DNA of 63,160 bases, counting the filler, from Intoshia linei (Eukaryota; Animalia; Orthonectida): assembly GCA_001642005.1 (NCBI GenBank). It is 4 parts of 4 records of this genome, joined end to end, with 100 filler letters (N's around TTAATTAATTAA, not from the genome) between each part and the next. Parts side by side here need not be neighbours in the genome. Positions count along the whole stretch, not along the records: positions 22,015 to 44,950 come from LWCA01000580.1; 3 more parts are not named here. The stretch is one strand, 5' to 3'. Shown here one piece after another: positions 26,524 through 39,493 of this stretch. A model generated the notes under the pieces. It worked only from the letters and a program-made list of their open reading frames with translations, searched no databases and had not been told where the DNA came from. Every line of letters begins with the position of its first letter. Position 1 is the stretch's first letter. Position numbers and translations under genes: made by a program.

Positions 26524-26764
26524 TTTTAATTATGGTTAAATTTTCAATATTTTATAATTTAGGAAATGTCAGATTTCTTGTACAAATTTAGATAACTATC
26601 GGGAAATTATCAAAATACGATTAAATATGAATAAATTATACGCCTAAGATCAATTTTCCATTTAATATTTTATTGATATTATTTATTCAGGAAACTTGGA
26701 TATTCGCTACGCATGATTTTAAACATTAAACAAATACACTTCTATAGAAATGATTTATTCCCAC

Positions 26765-29700
26765 TCAAACAATTATATGCGGCATAAAAAATTGAAAAGT
26801 GGCACTATTGTGTATTATTACAAATTGAATCAACGTTTCGTGTACAATGTCTAAATATCAACATTACACATTACAGTTAAGTTCTCATTTAACCAAAAGT
26901 CCAAAAATCTCCTGATCGTCGAAAATTATAATTCATCATTCTCAAATATGAACATTATTATTATTTACCATAATCGTACATTTCCGTAAAATGAGTAAGT
27001 TACCATTCATATTTTTTTATTCATCATCATTCCATGTAATAAATGATATCAATATGATGTACCTTTCAGAATAGTTGTTCTCAACTTGGTAGGGTAAATT
27101 CTTCCTCTTTATTTTCGCATTTTTAAAAATGAAATAAGCCAAAATTTTAAAAAAATTTCTAAATCCACTTAATCAAACCACAAAATAAAAAATACAAATT
27201 TACCAAACCTTAAGAGAAAAATCCCCTTTTTCCAATATTTCTTTTGAAAATCACAATTTTACCAAAATTAGAAAAAACTTTTCATTTAATATCAATGTTT
27301 TATATTTCATGTTTCCTTTGGGGTCTAAAAAATAAATATTTTAAAGGGTGATTAATAGTACGGACTCCGTACACTATTTAAATCGGGAACCACCGGCCTA
27401 AATATACCTGAATTAAGCCAATTAAAAATTATATTCATTTTAAATTGATCGCCTGAAAAAATTAAAACATAAAAGTGGAATGAGCTGAAATCAGATGAGA
27501 ACAATGATTAATTAACAATGTAAATAAAATAAATTTAAATAAATATTTTATAAATTACTGCATATAACATTTGTAGGGTTCAGTTGGTTTATAGAAAGAA
27601 AACTATAAAATGGTTTAGGATTTACAGAAATTGTATAAAAAAAATCAACATCATCATGTTCATTTTGACTACACTGTGGGTATTTGTAATCATCTAAATT
27701 GGGTAGATTAACTGAAAGAAATATAAATCGTATAAAAAAATAAACAGTTTCTTTATGATTAAATTATTTTTGGGTACAAATTACGAAAATTAATCATTGC
27801 AATTTGCAATACAGTATTCTCTCTACAACTCGCCATTCTTGGGATTTCAAAAAAGTTGGCGAGATAGAGAATTTAAAACTATAAAAACAACAGAAAAAAC
27901 CTCTAAATGAAAGGTTAAATTGCAATAAAATGTAAATTGTAAAATATAATACAAAATAATTGAAATCTATCTTGATAATTAATTAAAAATTATTTTTAAA
28001 TTAAAAAATGGGTTTACTAAATAGTAAATAGAATATAAATACATTTTTTTGTAAGCGTAATATACAGATTCCCGTTTTTTAAATAAATATATTATCCATC
28101 TGAATTATATTATATTAAAAACTTTCTCTTTTGAGATTTAGAAGCATTTTAAATTTCAACGTGATTTAAGTGATTCAACTTAAATACATAAAATCGTAAC
28201 AAATTTTGAAAAATAGTTTTAGTTTAATATTTTAAATTAATGGCGAATAAAATGTTAATATTTCTATATTACAGTAATAACCATTTGGCGAGTTATAGAG
28301 TTAGCGAGTTGTGGAACGAAAACTGTACATGTAAAATTCACAAATATAGATAAACATTAGTGTCGCATTAATCTCACATTATACACGTTAAAAATTTTTA
28401 AATTTTACTGAATCTGCAAACTTACTCCATAACGGTTGTCGAAGTTTATCAAATTTCATACAAACACAAACAATTTCATTTTTTATTTCCATTAAAAATT
28501 GACCTTTCCGGTTTGCCATAATTTTCTATAAAGATAAATATTACACATTTTTGTAAAAAACTAAAAACATAAAAACTAAAACTTTTCCACTGTGCCGTCT
28601 ACCATGGGTCCTGTGGAAATATTTACACAAAAAATAATTTTTTTTTATTGGTTTCGTTTTTTCTACTCATTTTTTATCAAGTCTATTTCTTAACTTAAAT
28701 TTCGTCAAATTTGGAATATTTTTTGGTATTCATGTAATGCAGTGGTTCCCGATTGGGGTTATAAAAACTATATACCTGGGGATCCGTGAGATTCAAATAA
28801 CATATAAAAAAAAATTTATCAATTTTTCTTTATTATTATAGGAGAATTTTAATATTTATTAAAGAGTTGCCAGATGTTGGGAATTTATCTAAAATTCTAG
28901 ACGACTGCTACATTATTACATCATAAAACTCACTTTTATCCCATTAATAAAATTTAATAAAAAATACGATATTTTTTTAAAAATCCGATTTTACCAACCC
29001 CTAATGGCAAAATCCCCTGTTTTCAATATTTTTTGAAAAACCCTTTAATTTTTCATAAATGTTTTATATTTCATGTTTCTTTTGGGTCCAAAAAAAATAA
29101 ATATTTTGAAATGGGAGTCCGTACATTATTTGAATCTGGAACCACTAATTTAATGAGACTAGACATAACGTATTAACTAAACCATATAAGGACTCATTTT
29201 CTTTAATCTCTCCACGCCATTTCGTAAAACTTTTAAATCATTGAGGTATATACTACACTAGAAATAATTAAATGCATAAATGGAACTAAAAATACATGAA
29301 ATTCAGGTAAATTCGGTTCAGGATATTCAGACCACAATCTTTTAGGAATAATACTAATAGGTATATCATGAACAATAAAATTCGAATTTTTATCCATAAT
29401 GGGCTAAATAAATCAATCAAAAGTTAAAAATTTTTGTAAAATGGACCATTCAAAAATTATATTCATGAACTTTTGGGTTAAATTTAAAATGTAAGTCAAG
29501 AGCCTTGGAGAAATATCTAGAGGTCCATAAACAAATTGCAAACGATGCGTAATGTCATAATATAAGTCCAGTATCGTGGGGAGGGCCAAGGCCATATGAC
29601 CCGAGCCTACAATCATGAGGGCCTACTTTTTAAATGTATTAATAGGTAATATCGGAAAATTTCGATAAGCAATGCAATTTCCAATGGCTATTTTTAATTT

Positions 29701-30540
29701 TTAGATAATGAACGATCAATTAAGCAATGTATAAAGGTCCCATTTTTGAAAAAAAATTTTATAGATGGCCAACAATTTCTATTTGGCTCGGACCTACTGC
29801 TAGCTTTCCACGGTCCTGCCCTAGTCGCCTCTGTAAGGATCTTGGTTTGACCTTATCAATTTGTATTTTAAATTTAAATCTTCAAGAATATCATCTTTTA
29901 AATGTCCAATTGGACTAATGAGGCCGCTTTTTTAGAAAAATTTCGTCGAGGCCCGAAGAGGTGTCACGAGATACGGCTCTGGCTATGACATTACGCATCG
30001 TTTCCAAATTTTTATTTGGGTATTTTTAATTTTAGAGTGGTCTCGGGTTGGTATATTCGGTGGGTGAATTGATCTAATTGAAACCAATCAAGTAAAATGA
30101 TAAATAAACTACCATTGAAAATTCGAAAGATAGAAAAGTAGAAAATTTATAAGTCAATTTCATACACACACTATCAACTTTGCAAGATTTAAAAACAGAC
30201 AATATATTTTCAGGTGCAATTTCAAAATAAATTTCATTATCAGATAAAGACAATCCGGCCATTTTGTAATCGATAAATAAAATATTCTAAATTAAATTAC
30301 ACTTGTACTCATCAAAATTAATAATTACCGATTCCAATTCACACCAAACTTGAATTGAATTATTTGAAACAGATTCCGGTACAATTAAATAAATATTCTT
30401 GTTGGTTAATCTAACAATAACAACTTTGGTAATTTTTGAAACAGTTTGTAAAATTTCTGTGTTTAGACTTTAAAATGTATAAAATGATAAATATAACTTG
30501 AAAAATTGATGACGGAAACAATTAAGCATTTAAAATGCAT
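26765..30540 (-). CDS. HUS1: Checkpoint clamp (9-1-1) subunit HUS1, ~8 exons
   Basis: MHFKCLI...VWCELES, YKMAGLSLSDNEIYFEIAPENI, IVHDIPISIIPKRLWSEYPEP, VERLKKMSPY, NQLNPTNVICNIVHE...FQFFMPHIIV*; splice phases are consistent. Confidence 0.92.
27812..28325. mobile_element. Tigger/pogo-like MITE in a HUS1 intron
   Basis: TA|CAGTATTCTCTCTACAACTCGC ... GCGAGTTGTGGAACGAAAACTG|TA. Confidence 0.7.
28740..29147. mobile_element. hAT (Buster/Charlie-like) MITE in a HUS1 intron; related copy ~27070-27395
   Basis: CAGTGGTTCC ... GGAACCACT; TSD ATGTAATG / ATTTAATG. Confidence 0.8.
29527..30015. mobile_element. Inverted-repeat element with nested hAT-like fragments in a HUS1 intron
   Basis: AAACGATGCGTAATGTCATA / TATGACATTACGCATCGTTT inverted pair; the same motif recurs at ~37731 and ~62630. 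Confidence 0.6.
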
Positions 30541-30570
30541 ATTACAAATTACAAAATATAAATTTATCAA

Positions 30571-30594
30571 TTTGAAATTTGAAAATATTGGCGC
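30571..30594. promoter_or_regulatory. Putative E2F-like (TTGGCGC) and CHR-like (TTTGAA x2) elements upstream of HUS1
   Basis: Motifs lie 30-55 nt upstream of the HUS1 ATG. They are short motifs in AT-rich DNA, so support is weak. Confidence 0.3.
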
Positions 30595-30670
30595 AATTGA
30601 GTACAGGTAATATGTATTAAAATTTACAAATGCATGGTAATAATACAATAAATTTATGAATTTGATATTA

Positions 30671-31744
30671 TCAACCATTTCCTCTGATGACATTGAAAAA
30701 ATGATAAACTTGGTTCTTATCGTAATAAGCAACATGACAGTCACAACACTCACACATTACGTATTGGAATATGCTAGAATCCTGTGTATCTTTAGTGTCT
30801 TGACTTTCAATTTTTTCAATTGGTATTTTGTCATTTTTTAAATCACAATTATACACAAACATAGCTCTGTATTGATTTTGGTAAATTTCATGTCTAATTA
30901 TATTAATGATTTTATTATTGTATCTTTATACTTTTTAAAAATACCTTTGGCAATCGTAGCATAATGTGGTCATACACATTGGACAACTCAGAACACCATC
31001 TGATATTGAATTTGATGGAATAGTGTTCGTTCGATTTTCAGTTATCCATTTTGAATTTTCGGTGTCAATGTTATCGTCAAAAAATTCACAATTTTCTAAA
31101 GGAATGAAAATTACAAAATTTTTATAATGAAAATGTAGGGCATCTTGGTGGGACCAAGCTGCATTTGGGAACCATTGTGCTAGACAACCTGGCGACTTAA
31201 CCTAGGCTATTGTTAAATTTATACGAAGCAAAAGATTTACTTTGATTTTTATGTACAGCATGTATTAGGTATGGTATCTTTAGTACTGTGACTGCAATAT
31301 GAAAACTTTCTCGTGAATAATTCACTTTATCGGCGGTCAAAAAAATTTAAAACAATGATTTTAATTTCATCAAAATAATTGGCGGCGCGGATCAAATAAT
31401 TTCTAATTTTTGTAGCACTTTTAGGACATTCCAGTGGAATAATTCCATTTACATCTTTTTCATGGCGCTAATATGTAAAGTTGAATTTTAAAGTGACGAT
31501 TCTTCATGCCACTGGAAAGTTAATTCATTAAAACTGGTGAATCCTTAATTATAAAAAGATACGAAACACCAGAGAACCTCGCTGAATCTGGTATATATAA
31601 GAAATAGTTTTTTACTCCTCACTGAGGAGTTTCCGCTTTGATAAAGATGTAGGTAGATTATTATGTTTAAAATGAATTACCCTCATTTTTTGTTTCATTT
31701 TCACAAGTTAACAAAACGTTAGATTCAATTTTACTCTCTTCCAT
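30671..31744 (-). CDS. EAPP: E2F-associated phosphoprotein; exons 31744-31681, 31095-30945, 30893-30671
   Basis: [36 protein letters not shown]...VMCECCDCHVAYYDKNQVYHFFNVI matches the Eapp C-terminal pattern. Exon 1 joins in phase 1 but is less certain. Confidence 0.88.
31130..31660 (-). ncRNA. Candidate intronic structured RNA in EAPP intron 1 (identity unknown)
   Basis: Several inverted repeats, locally raised GC, no convincing spliced ORF, no TIR/TSD. ACAATA (H-box-like) and a terminal ACA lie near the 3' splice site. Confidence 0.45.
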
Positions 31745-32481
31745 CAATAACCTATTGTTGAATTGACGTTAATTTTAATTCAATTTAAATTTTTCAGTGT
31801 TTCAACAAAGTTGATTTTATTTTACTTTTCAATATAAATGTAACTTTATATATTATTTTAATTTAAAATTTAAATCAGGATCTCCAACCTTTTTCATACT
31901 ATAAAGAACAATTAGAAAACCTTTTTTACAACAGTACATTTAAATCACTGATATAAACATACTGAAAACTTAAGGGTCATTTTTAGTAGATTTTAAATAA
32001 TGAATACAATTGCATAATTATAATTTAAAATAAAATTTCAAGTTGGAAATTCTCAAATATGAAATTCAAAAATTTCTTTTAATTTTAAATTTATTAATAT
32101 TTACAAAAATACAAAAAGTTTTGATCTAATCTAACCATTAAAAGAATTTTTTAAGTGTAGTTTTTTGTAATGTCTTTGAAGAGTTCGCATATTTGTAAAT
32201 AATTTATCACAATAAAGGCATTTTTGTTTTTCTCGTTTTCCGTGAATTAACCTAATATAACATGTAAATCATAAAATGAGAAATCAAAATAGTAACAAAA
32301 ACATCAACAGATTATGACAAAGAATGAATATAATTTTGATTAATTATAATTTAAAAATTCTAAAAAATAATTAGTTATAAACCAAATTATTCTTGATTAA
32401 ACCTGCTCAAAGATTTTTACGTTACATCAATTGTACAGAATTGAAAATTTTATACGGTAATGGTGTATAGATTTTTTAATT

Positions 32482-33439
32482 CACTGATTCCCAAACTTTG
32501 AAACTGGGCCCACATTTAAAAAATTGGATTTGGATTGTAATAAATATAAAAATAATAATAACGAAGTTGTATTACTTTTAGTAATTCGTTGTTGTAGTTT
32601 TAATTTAAATTTTAAACAAAATGTTTTGAAAATACGAATTTGAGATTCAAAAATTGCATAGCAATGAAAAAAATTCCGAATGAATGAATTATATACATTT
32701 TCACCCATATTTCTTTATTGGAAATGTGTAGACGGTCAATGGACATTTTTTTTTAAATTGTATGATCAATATTTACATTTTCAGTTTTTATTTTAATCGA
32801 AATATTTGAAAAATATTGGTTGATAATATATTAAAAATTATTTTTCACCGGGAATGCGTAGATTTGTGGGATTGAAATTTTGTATTTATATTAACTGGAA
32901 TAAGCTCTATCAGAATAATTTTTTTTTTAATTTTCGGACCATTAATTATTTCACATTTTGTGTTTGTTAAAAAAATATTTCGAAAAAAAATATATGAATA
33001 CTAAAATCTTTTTATGACCCTGAAGGCGTCACTTATTCAGATTGAAATTTTTATGTGTTTTAACAGTATACAACTGTACTAGTTGTAATTTTTTTCAAAT
33101 TTTAGGGCTGTTTTCATAAAAATAGGGTAATTTTGGGTTTTGGCTCTAGAGATATAATTTTTTGAAATTTAAATTTATGATAATTTTTATGATTTTAAAA
33201 TCCGTATCAGCGTAAATATTTTTTAAATTCTCCAACTCGTTTGATTTTGAAAAAAAAGGACAATTTAAGTTTTTGACTTATAAGATGTGAAAATATAATT
33301 TTGTTTTTCAGAAATTTTCGTTGCGGAACCCAATTTTAGAACCACTTTAATTTTAAATCTAAAATTGTTGTAGAGGACCGTAAACAATATATTTCTAAAA
33401 AAAGGAGGGACTTAGTCAAAATGAGTTTGGAAACCCCTG
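32482..33439. mobile_element. Degenerate hAT-like termini enclosing a family A fragment (~32600-33300)
   Basis: CACTGATTCCCAAACT ... AGTTTGGAAACCCCTG; the interior matches the family A copy at 110-950. Confidence 0.55.
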
Positions 33440-34818
33440 GTTTTATGTGTTGTATAAGGAACTTATAATATTAATTTGAAAATACCAAGGTTAAGAATCT
33501 CTGGCTTAATGAATTTGTAACAAATTTACTGTCAAAAAATTTTTCAGTCAAACACCATACGATTTTTTTTTTAAATCCACCTGTTGATTTAGAATAGTAC
33601 ATCTGTCATATAGCCCACTAACCCCTCTCCACGCCCAGTTCATATACAAAATGACTACAACTTATGTATTGATTGATTTCAAAAATATTATCTTGTGTAC
33701 ATGTGATCTTTTAAATGATCCTTTCGTCTAAATTTTTTAAAACAAACTGAACAAGCAAATGGTCTTTCATTGGTATGTGTTCTTTCGTGTATTTTCTAAA
33801 TAATGAATAAAAAGTAAAAGATAATATTATACTTAAAAAATTAAAGAATAATACATTATTCTATTTCATAGTACGGTGATTGCAATATAATCAAATTTGG
33901 TGTGTTAATTTTGAGATTTAATCGAAAATTATTTTCTGATGTGTATTATAAAAAAAATGTTACTCAGCCCTCCAATTGAAACAAAATCTAAATTTCTTAC
34001 CTATATATACGGGGTTGATCATATTATAATAATTTTTTATAATTCATTTCATGGCTATGTATTTTTTATTAACTAAACACCCATATTAATTTTAAGATAC
34101 AAACAACTGTTGAATTATACTACATCAAATAAAAAAGTTGAAAATATTTATAATGGAAAAATGATGATATATCTATCATACGTATATTTGACAAAATAAG
34201 TAACATTTTTCAAAAAATTTTAAATGATACGCAAGTGAACCTTGTTTACGTATGGAATCTATTTCTTGATGATTTTATTATTTGTAAATGAATTTTTAAG
34301 GTGTACATTTTGTAAATTGTGTTAAAAAATACGTCAAGTGTGTATTTATAACACGAAAACACACCTTTTGCCATCACGGACATAGTATGTACCATAGGTA
34401 CATTGTACCTATTCGATCATATGTACCATCAAAACCCCAGATTACCCTTTTTGTAAAAAATGAAAATAGTCGTACAATATTATTGAATTTTAAAAAAAAT
34501 TACAGATGATACAGTTATATCCAGTTAACATACAAAAAATTTCAATCTGACAAAGTGACGCCTTTACGTTAAAAAAAAGCAGTTTAGCATTTATTTTTAT
34601 TCACAAAATTGAGTCAATAAAATTTAAAATTAGTATTTTTACCACCCTGTTGAAGGTTCTGTTTACTAGATTAATTGAAGTAATTCTTACGAAATAGTGG
34701 AATATATACTTAATTTTTAAAAGAGGCATAGGTCAGATAAAAATATACGAGCTTATATATAAATTACTCATTTTAGATATTTTAAATTGAGATTTCGTCG
34801 TTTCCAATCATTTTATGA

Positions 34819-37040
34819 CTAGTGTAATCGTTTTACCAACCTAGAAAATGGTTTATCAGGTAATTTCCTATTAAAAATTAAGAGACTTAACTGTTTTTAG
34901 ACGATTTCATTATTATTTAAAATAATATGAATAACCTTTCTAATTTTAGTAGTTTTCAATCTGGCAGGTTTTTTTAATAGGCAACAAGAAAATTTAAATT
35001 TCTGGGACGACGGGTCATTTCAATGGTGATTCTTAGAGCTTGATGAATCATCAATGATTACATTAGAATTTTTTTTAAATGTCAACTGTTGTGAAATTAA
35101 AAAAAATTATGCTGATATATAGAAAGAATTAAATGTAAATGAAGACCCCACAGTAAAAAATGTTGAGAAACACTGCATTAACTGTGTCAAATCAAATCGA
35201 TTCAACATCTTCGTTTATATTACCTTATTATACGCTTTGGAAAAACATCGATGACAGTAAGAACAAAAATATTCCCATCTTTCTTTACAAGCTCTTTTCA
35301 TTTCCAATTTTTTACTTTCATTGAATTGGGAAAAGTATAATTTATTGTTAAAATCGAGTTTTCTATAAAAATAATAAAAGTAAATAAATATTTAAAAATA
35401 CTCATATATATCATAAAAAGTAATAAATTAAAATTTACGCGGATTGCTGGTTATAACAATACATTTAAGGGGATGCTTTTTTTGAAATGGCTATAATTTT
35501 TTATTTTTTGTTAAATTTAAAATTTTAACACTTGAATGAACTGATTAATATTGTAATTTGTTTAGGCCTCACATTATAATCTGTGCCCACCGCGGGTTTG
35601 TATGGACCCTTGATTTAAAAATATACTATATTGTACAAAGGTTCCCAATGTGGACAATTAATTCAGTTAGGGGAACTATTTTCAGCTGGGGTGATTGGGG
35701 CGTTTTTAAAAATAATAAAAACATAAAGAAATTTTTGAAGTGATAAAAACCAAAAAAATATTATATATTAATAAATAAAATAAATTATATATGTATATAA
35801 AACTCTTTGTTTGTCTGTCTGTTATCATATATTTAAATATCTGAGGGTATTAGAATTTTAAAAATTCCACATTTCTATTATAGTTTTATCGGCATGAAAG
35901 TAAGATAAATTTCAATCTCAGAAACTTACATGTTACCAGTAAAAAACCAGAATAATCCTTTTTTTTGAAAATCAAACCAGTCCTAAACTTTAAAAAATAT
36001 GTAACTATTTAAAATACTGATACAGATTTTAAAATAATGATCATTGGCATGTATAACAAGGTGAAACACTGAAAAATTACACAAGTTAAAATATATCATT
36101 ATAATCCTGCTCTGAAGCTCTGTTTAGCTATCAGAGCAGGTAGTTTTTTTCGAGATTGTCTTCAAATTTTTTTTAAGTGGTGTTCAATATATCTATTGCT
36201 AAGAAGGGTCTGTAGACAAAAATGGGTTTGGGAATCCCAAGTGTACTATACACTGTATTAGCATAAAATTTAAAATGATTTAGTAAATGTTTTTTGTACT
36301 CATGTCTAGCTTTTTAATATAAAAAGAAGATTAAAATATGCTTATTTTTATAAAAATGTTATAAAAACTTTTACAATGTATATGAAAAAATTGAAATATT
36401 AAAAATACCATGTATTTAGACACAGAGAACGTTAATAAAATTACCTTTTATAAGATTCGTATAAAATAATCGATTTAGCCAAATGACGAAAATCAAATTT
36501 AGGTGCAGATTCAACTTGAGGTGTAGATGAAAATTGAAAATTGTAACTGTACCACGCAAAGTCCATTGTAAGTGAATAAAAAAATATTAAAAGGCAATAT
36601 ATCACATTTTGTATATACAGAATAATAAACATGTCATAAAACTTACAAATTGCTGTAAATGATATATTCGTGTAATGGTAATTGATAAATGAGACATACA
36701 TCACATGGTTCATAATATGAAATGGTTTAATGATTACATTATAAAATTAGACAAATTTGAAAAAACATATTTAATGGCTAACATTAATATGAGAATTATA
36801 GAAATCAGTTGTACCGCGTTCCAAGTAAACTCTTGTCTTCCACGTCCTCTTCTCGAATTACTAAGTGGCATTATTGAGCTGTATTTCAAATTTGATAAAA
36901 AAAATATTATAATATATAAAAAATAATATATAAAATATTTAAAATTACCAGCATACTTTAATTTGTATAGAGTTCCTTTACCGATTGGATCATTAAATTG
37001 TTTATAGAATTTATAAAAGAAGCCTCCAGTGACTAATATT
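34819..37040 (-). CDS. Uncharacterised spliced gene or pseudogene with hydrophobic segments
   Basis: Phase-compatible exon-like blocks: ...RRGRGRQEFTWNAVQLISIILILMLAIKYVF; MFIILYIQNVIYCLLIFFYSL...YESYK; KKLEMKRACKERWEYFCSYCHRC. In-frame TGA at 35020-35022. No family recognised. Confidence 0.35.
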
Positions 37041-37324
37041 GAGTAGTAATGGTAAATTGGAAATAATTACAAAGACAATATCCGGGTACAATTATGGCAG
37101 CTTGAGGATGATCACTGAACAGTTTTTTTAGAAAATTAACTAAACATTTAAAATTATAGTGGTAATTAGTCGATTAGTGTTGATCAATATGGTTCAAAGC
37201 AGAATGGATAATGTTGATTTAATTTCATCGTACTGCATAACGGAAATTCATAACGGAATACGTATTTTTGTAAAGAATATTGGTTCTATGAGCCATTGTA
37301 GTGTCCATTAAAACAGATACAAAC

Positions 37325-37730
37325 CTATAGTACTCGAGACCCGAGGAGGTCTCGATTAAATTTTTGTAAAATGGAGCATCTTTTTTACAAATTGAGAAAT
37401 TAGAAATAATTAAAATTTTCAGTGTCAATTATTTTAAATTTTAACAAAATGTTTTGAAAATGAGAATGAAAAATTGCGAAGGAATTAATTATATAGATTT
37501 TTACCCATATTTTTTTATTGGAAATGTGTAGACGTTCAATGCACATTTTTTTTGAAATTGTAGGATCATTTACATTTTCATTTAGAGCTCAACTCAATTT
37601 CAACTCTAACACCCCGGAAAAAACTGTAATTGAAATGTGTACTTTATAAAATTCTAAGACTGGTAGTTATTGAAATAAACTGTAACACACACACAAACAA
37701 ATATTGCATAGCATATTATATAAGTAAGGA
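37325..37730 (-). mobile_element. Short, apparently complete Helitron-like family A element
   Basis: 5' A|TCCTTACTTATATAATATGC; 3' GC-rich hairpin TCGAGACC-6nt-GGTCTCGA (37334-37355) followed by GTACTATAG (imperfect CTAG). Confidence 0.65.
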
Positions 37731-39493
37731 TTACGCATCGTTTGAGAAAATTTGTGTAGGTGTATTTTTATTTTCGGGAGGGTTTCGCCCATGGATGGTT
37801 AGCTATATACATGTAATATATACTTATAGCTAATATTCACGAATTTTTTTTCAAAATACATCCATCTCACCATCACTGCTTATACAATTGCCAGTGTAAC
37901 TATTTTCTTCTCCGTCCGATAAATTTTAAATTGTTTAGTTTGTAACATAATTAAACTAAAGTGGTTTTTTCTGTGGTAAGTTTTTTTAATACCGTGTAAA
38001 CCATGCTGATAACCACTGATATATTATATAGATCTTATATACATTAATGTAGTGAAAGATACTTATTACAAAACAAAAATAAAATACCTGTCTTCATTTA
38101 ATATAAACTAACAATAAATAATTATCATTAGTAACAAATTATCGTTTATTTTTGTTCATTGAGCAATATATCATTGATAATGATGAAGAAATTAGCAGTG
38201 CTCAATTAAATGATGAAATTAAGATGTATGCTTAGTAAAAAATTCATATTTATAAAGAATGAGACACATAGAATTTTTGAACCTTTCGACTGTTGTGGAA
38301 GTAAGAGTGACGGTGTAAAAATATCTCGACAAACCCATGTAACTTAATTTAAAACTTATTGGAAGTTCCAATAGACATAAGTTGTCAACGTTGACTGAAA
38401 AAGAAGCGAATGATGCCTACCAATTAAATGCATGCTTAAAATAGCTATTATACAGTTAAATTCGACAGTGGTGGCAAGAGATTATTTTAAGTGTGTAGTT
38501 GTGAATGGAAAATGAGTAATTGTAAAAACAAATTGTAAGACTCAAGAACACAATACTGTACAATATTTTTAAAAAAATAAGCCGCCAGGGACGATGGAAA
38601 CGTATTTTTTTAAATAACGCCTGATGGAGACTTCATTATTGGGTCTGCATGGCTTTGACTGCTCCAAAATCGTCTACATTTCTTATTTATTATTAATAAG
38701 TACGGTATTTGAATGCATGCATATTTTTAAAATTTTATACATGTATTCTAATTCTAATGTAATAAATGTACGCTGCATTTTAATGTAATTTATCACAATA
38801 AAGTTGTATTAATGTAAAGTTTCTATTATCGTTCAAATATTAATTATTCAAATTTATAATTTATGGCATTAAAAAGGTAATTTTTCTATATTAAAGAATA
38901 TAATAAATAGTTCCTGCATATAACCTATCTATTCAGTAAAATGAACTTGTATATTTTATCCTGAATTAATTTTTATTATACTAAATTGCAAATAGATACA
39001 AGAGTAAAATCTTAAAAATAAAATAAATATAATCTTGTATAACGACATTGTCTTGTATTCAAAAATTTTAACCCCAAGTATAAACAATTTACTAGTAGTC
39101 TTCAAAATCATTTTCACCGTGGACCTCATTTGCAATATATAAATTCTATGGACCTCCAAAAAAAATTTTAATAAAATTTAATAAACAATCTCATAATTTC
39201 ACACCTAGGATTCCGTGTGAACTTTGGCGACCTCTGATTTAACCGTAATATAATTTACCAAACGTTCTAATGATAAATTTCCCGGTTCGCAGAAAAGTTT
39301 GAAAAAAAATATTAAAAGTACTGTAATGATACTTTTTTGGTATACAACAATGTTTCTTAGAAATTAGGTTATATGTGATTCACTAAATATTTTGTGCGAA
39401 TTACTAATCATTAGCTCAAACATTTGATATTATATTTATTAGTGCCTATAAATACATTTATATAAATAACTAAACTTTAAGTAAATTATTTAG

